Positions 48,736 through 49,156 of a stretch of 49,156 bases of DNA are shown here, piece after piece (the first letter of the stretch is position 1; every line of letters begins with the position of its first letter). The DNA is taken from the NCBI GenBank assembly GCA_025455685.1, contig JALOMB010000012.1, positions 1-49,156 on the forward strand, given 5' to 3'. Source of the stretch: Chitinophagales bacterium. Lineage in GTDB: Bacteria; Bacteroidota; Bacteroidia; Chitinophagales; JADJOU01. The notes below the pieces were generated by a model. It saw only the letters and a program-made list of their open reading frames with translations, made no database searches and had not been told where the DNA came from. A program made the position numbers and the translations under genes.

Positions 48736-48921
48736 TCAACCTATTTTAGGATTATATAAATCTCCATCAATACGAAAGTAGTTTACATTTAAATATTTGT
48801 TACAAGTTATTTCAGATGATCCTGCTTCTCGAAGGGGGACTTCCTTTTCAACAATAGTATCACCTTCATATTTTGAACATGAGACCATAATGATTAAAAG
48901 CAATAGAATTTATTTGTTCCT
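48736..48921 (-). pseudogene. Possible decayed lipoprotein gene fragment
   Basis: Reads RNK*ILLLLIIMVS-CSKYEGDTIVEKEV...KIG*, a lipoprotein-type signal with no start codon (AGG) and a stop at codon 4. Confidence 0.35.
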
Positions 48922-49156
48922 AATTTGAGCTATTTATAAATTAATAAAATTACCACAAACGCTTTGGCATTGCTGTTAGGAAGGGTGAAGTCATTTCCAA
49001 AATCTTTTAAAATCATACACAAAGATAAAAAAATAAAATCCTTTTTGCCAGAAAAAAAATCACACCACCCCGACTTACGGCAATGCAAAGTTGTATGCAG
49101 TTTTTTCATTCAGGTATTTCAATGAGTTCTGTTTCCTCGTCTATTTTCATGTCTGT

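Noticed and set aside
1-49156. CRISPR array, tRNA/rRNA, prophage, IS element, retron or DGR
   Set aside because: No spaced direct repeats, cloverleaf, integrase, transposase or reverse transcriptase motifs were seen by eye

Overview
AT-rich chromosomal window from a Bacteroidota genome. Support for the phylum: the rpmB-rpmG-DUF4295 trio, TAnnTTTG '-7' promoters, T9SS sorting-domain proteins and the glycosyltransferase-DUF4270-glmS cluster. It is mostly housekeeping and envelope genes: SNF2 helicase, fahA, flavodoxin, S41 protease, uvrA, rho, two vWA proteins, transketolase N-half, recO, Omp28, a TPR protein, an S1 protease, mscL, a redoxin, GT39, SpoU, dnaX, lysA, an IcmF-like mutase, PBP1A and glmS. 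I saw no rRNA, tRNA, CRISPR array, integrase or transposase. The most notable signals are: (1) dnaX is split at an A10 run, so full-length tau needs a +1 shift; (2) a small decayed defence islet holds a GmrSD-type DUF262-DUF1524 gene lacking its DGQQR motif, plus a 221-bp scar that looks like the two ends of a much larger gene; (3) an IcmF-type mutase lacks the B12-binding and MeaB domains but has its own promoter; (4) Rho seems to lack its N-terminal helical domain; (5) three genes look leaderless; (6) an enoyl-CoA hydratase pseudogene. All family calls come from motif recognition, not database searches.
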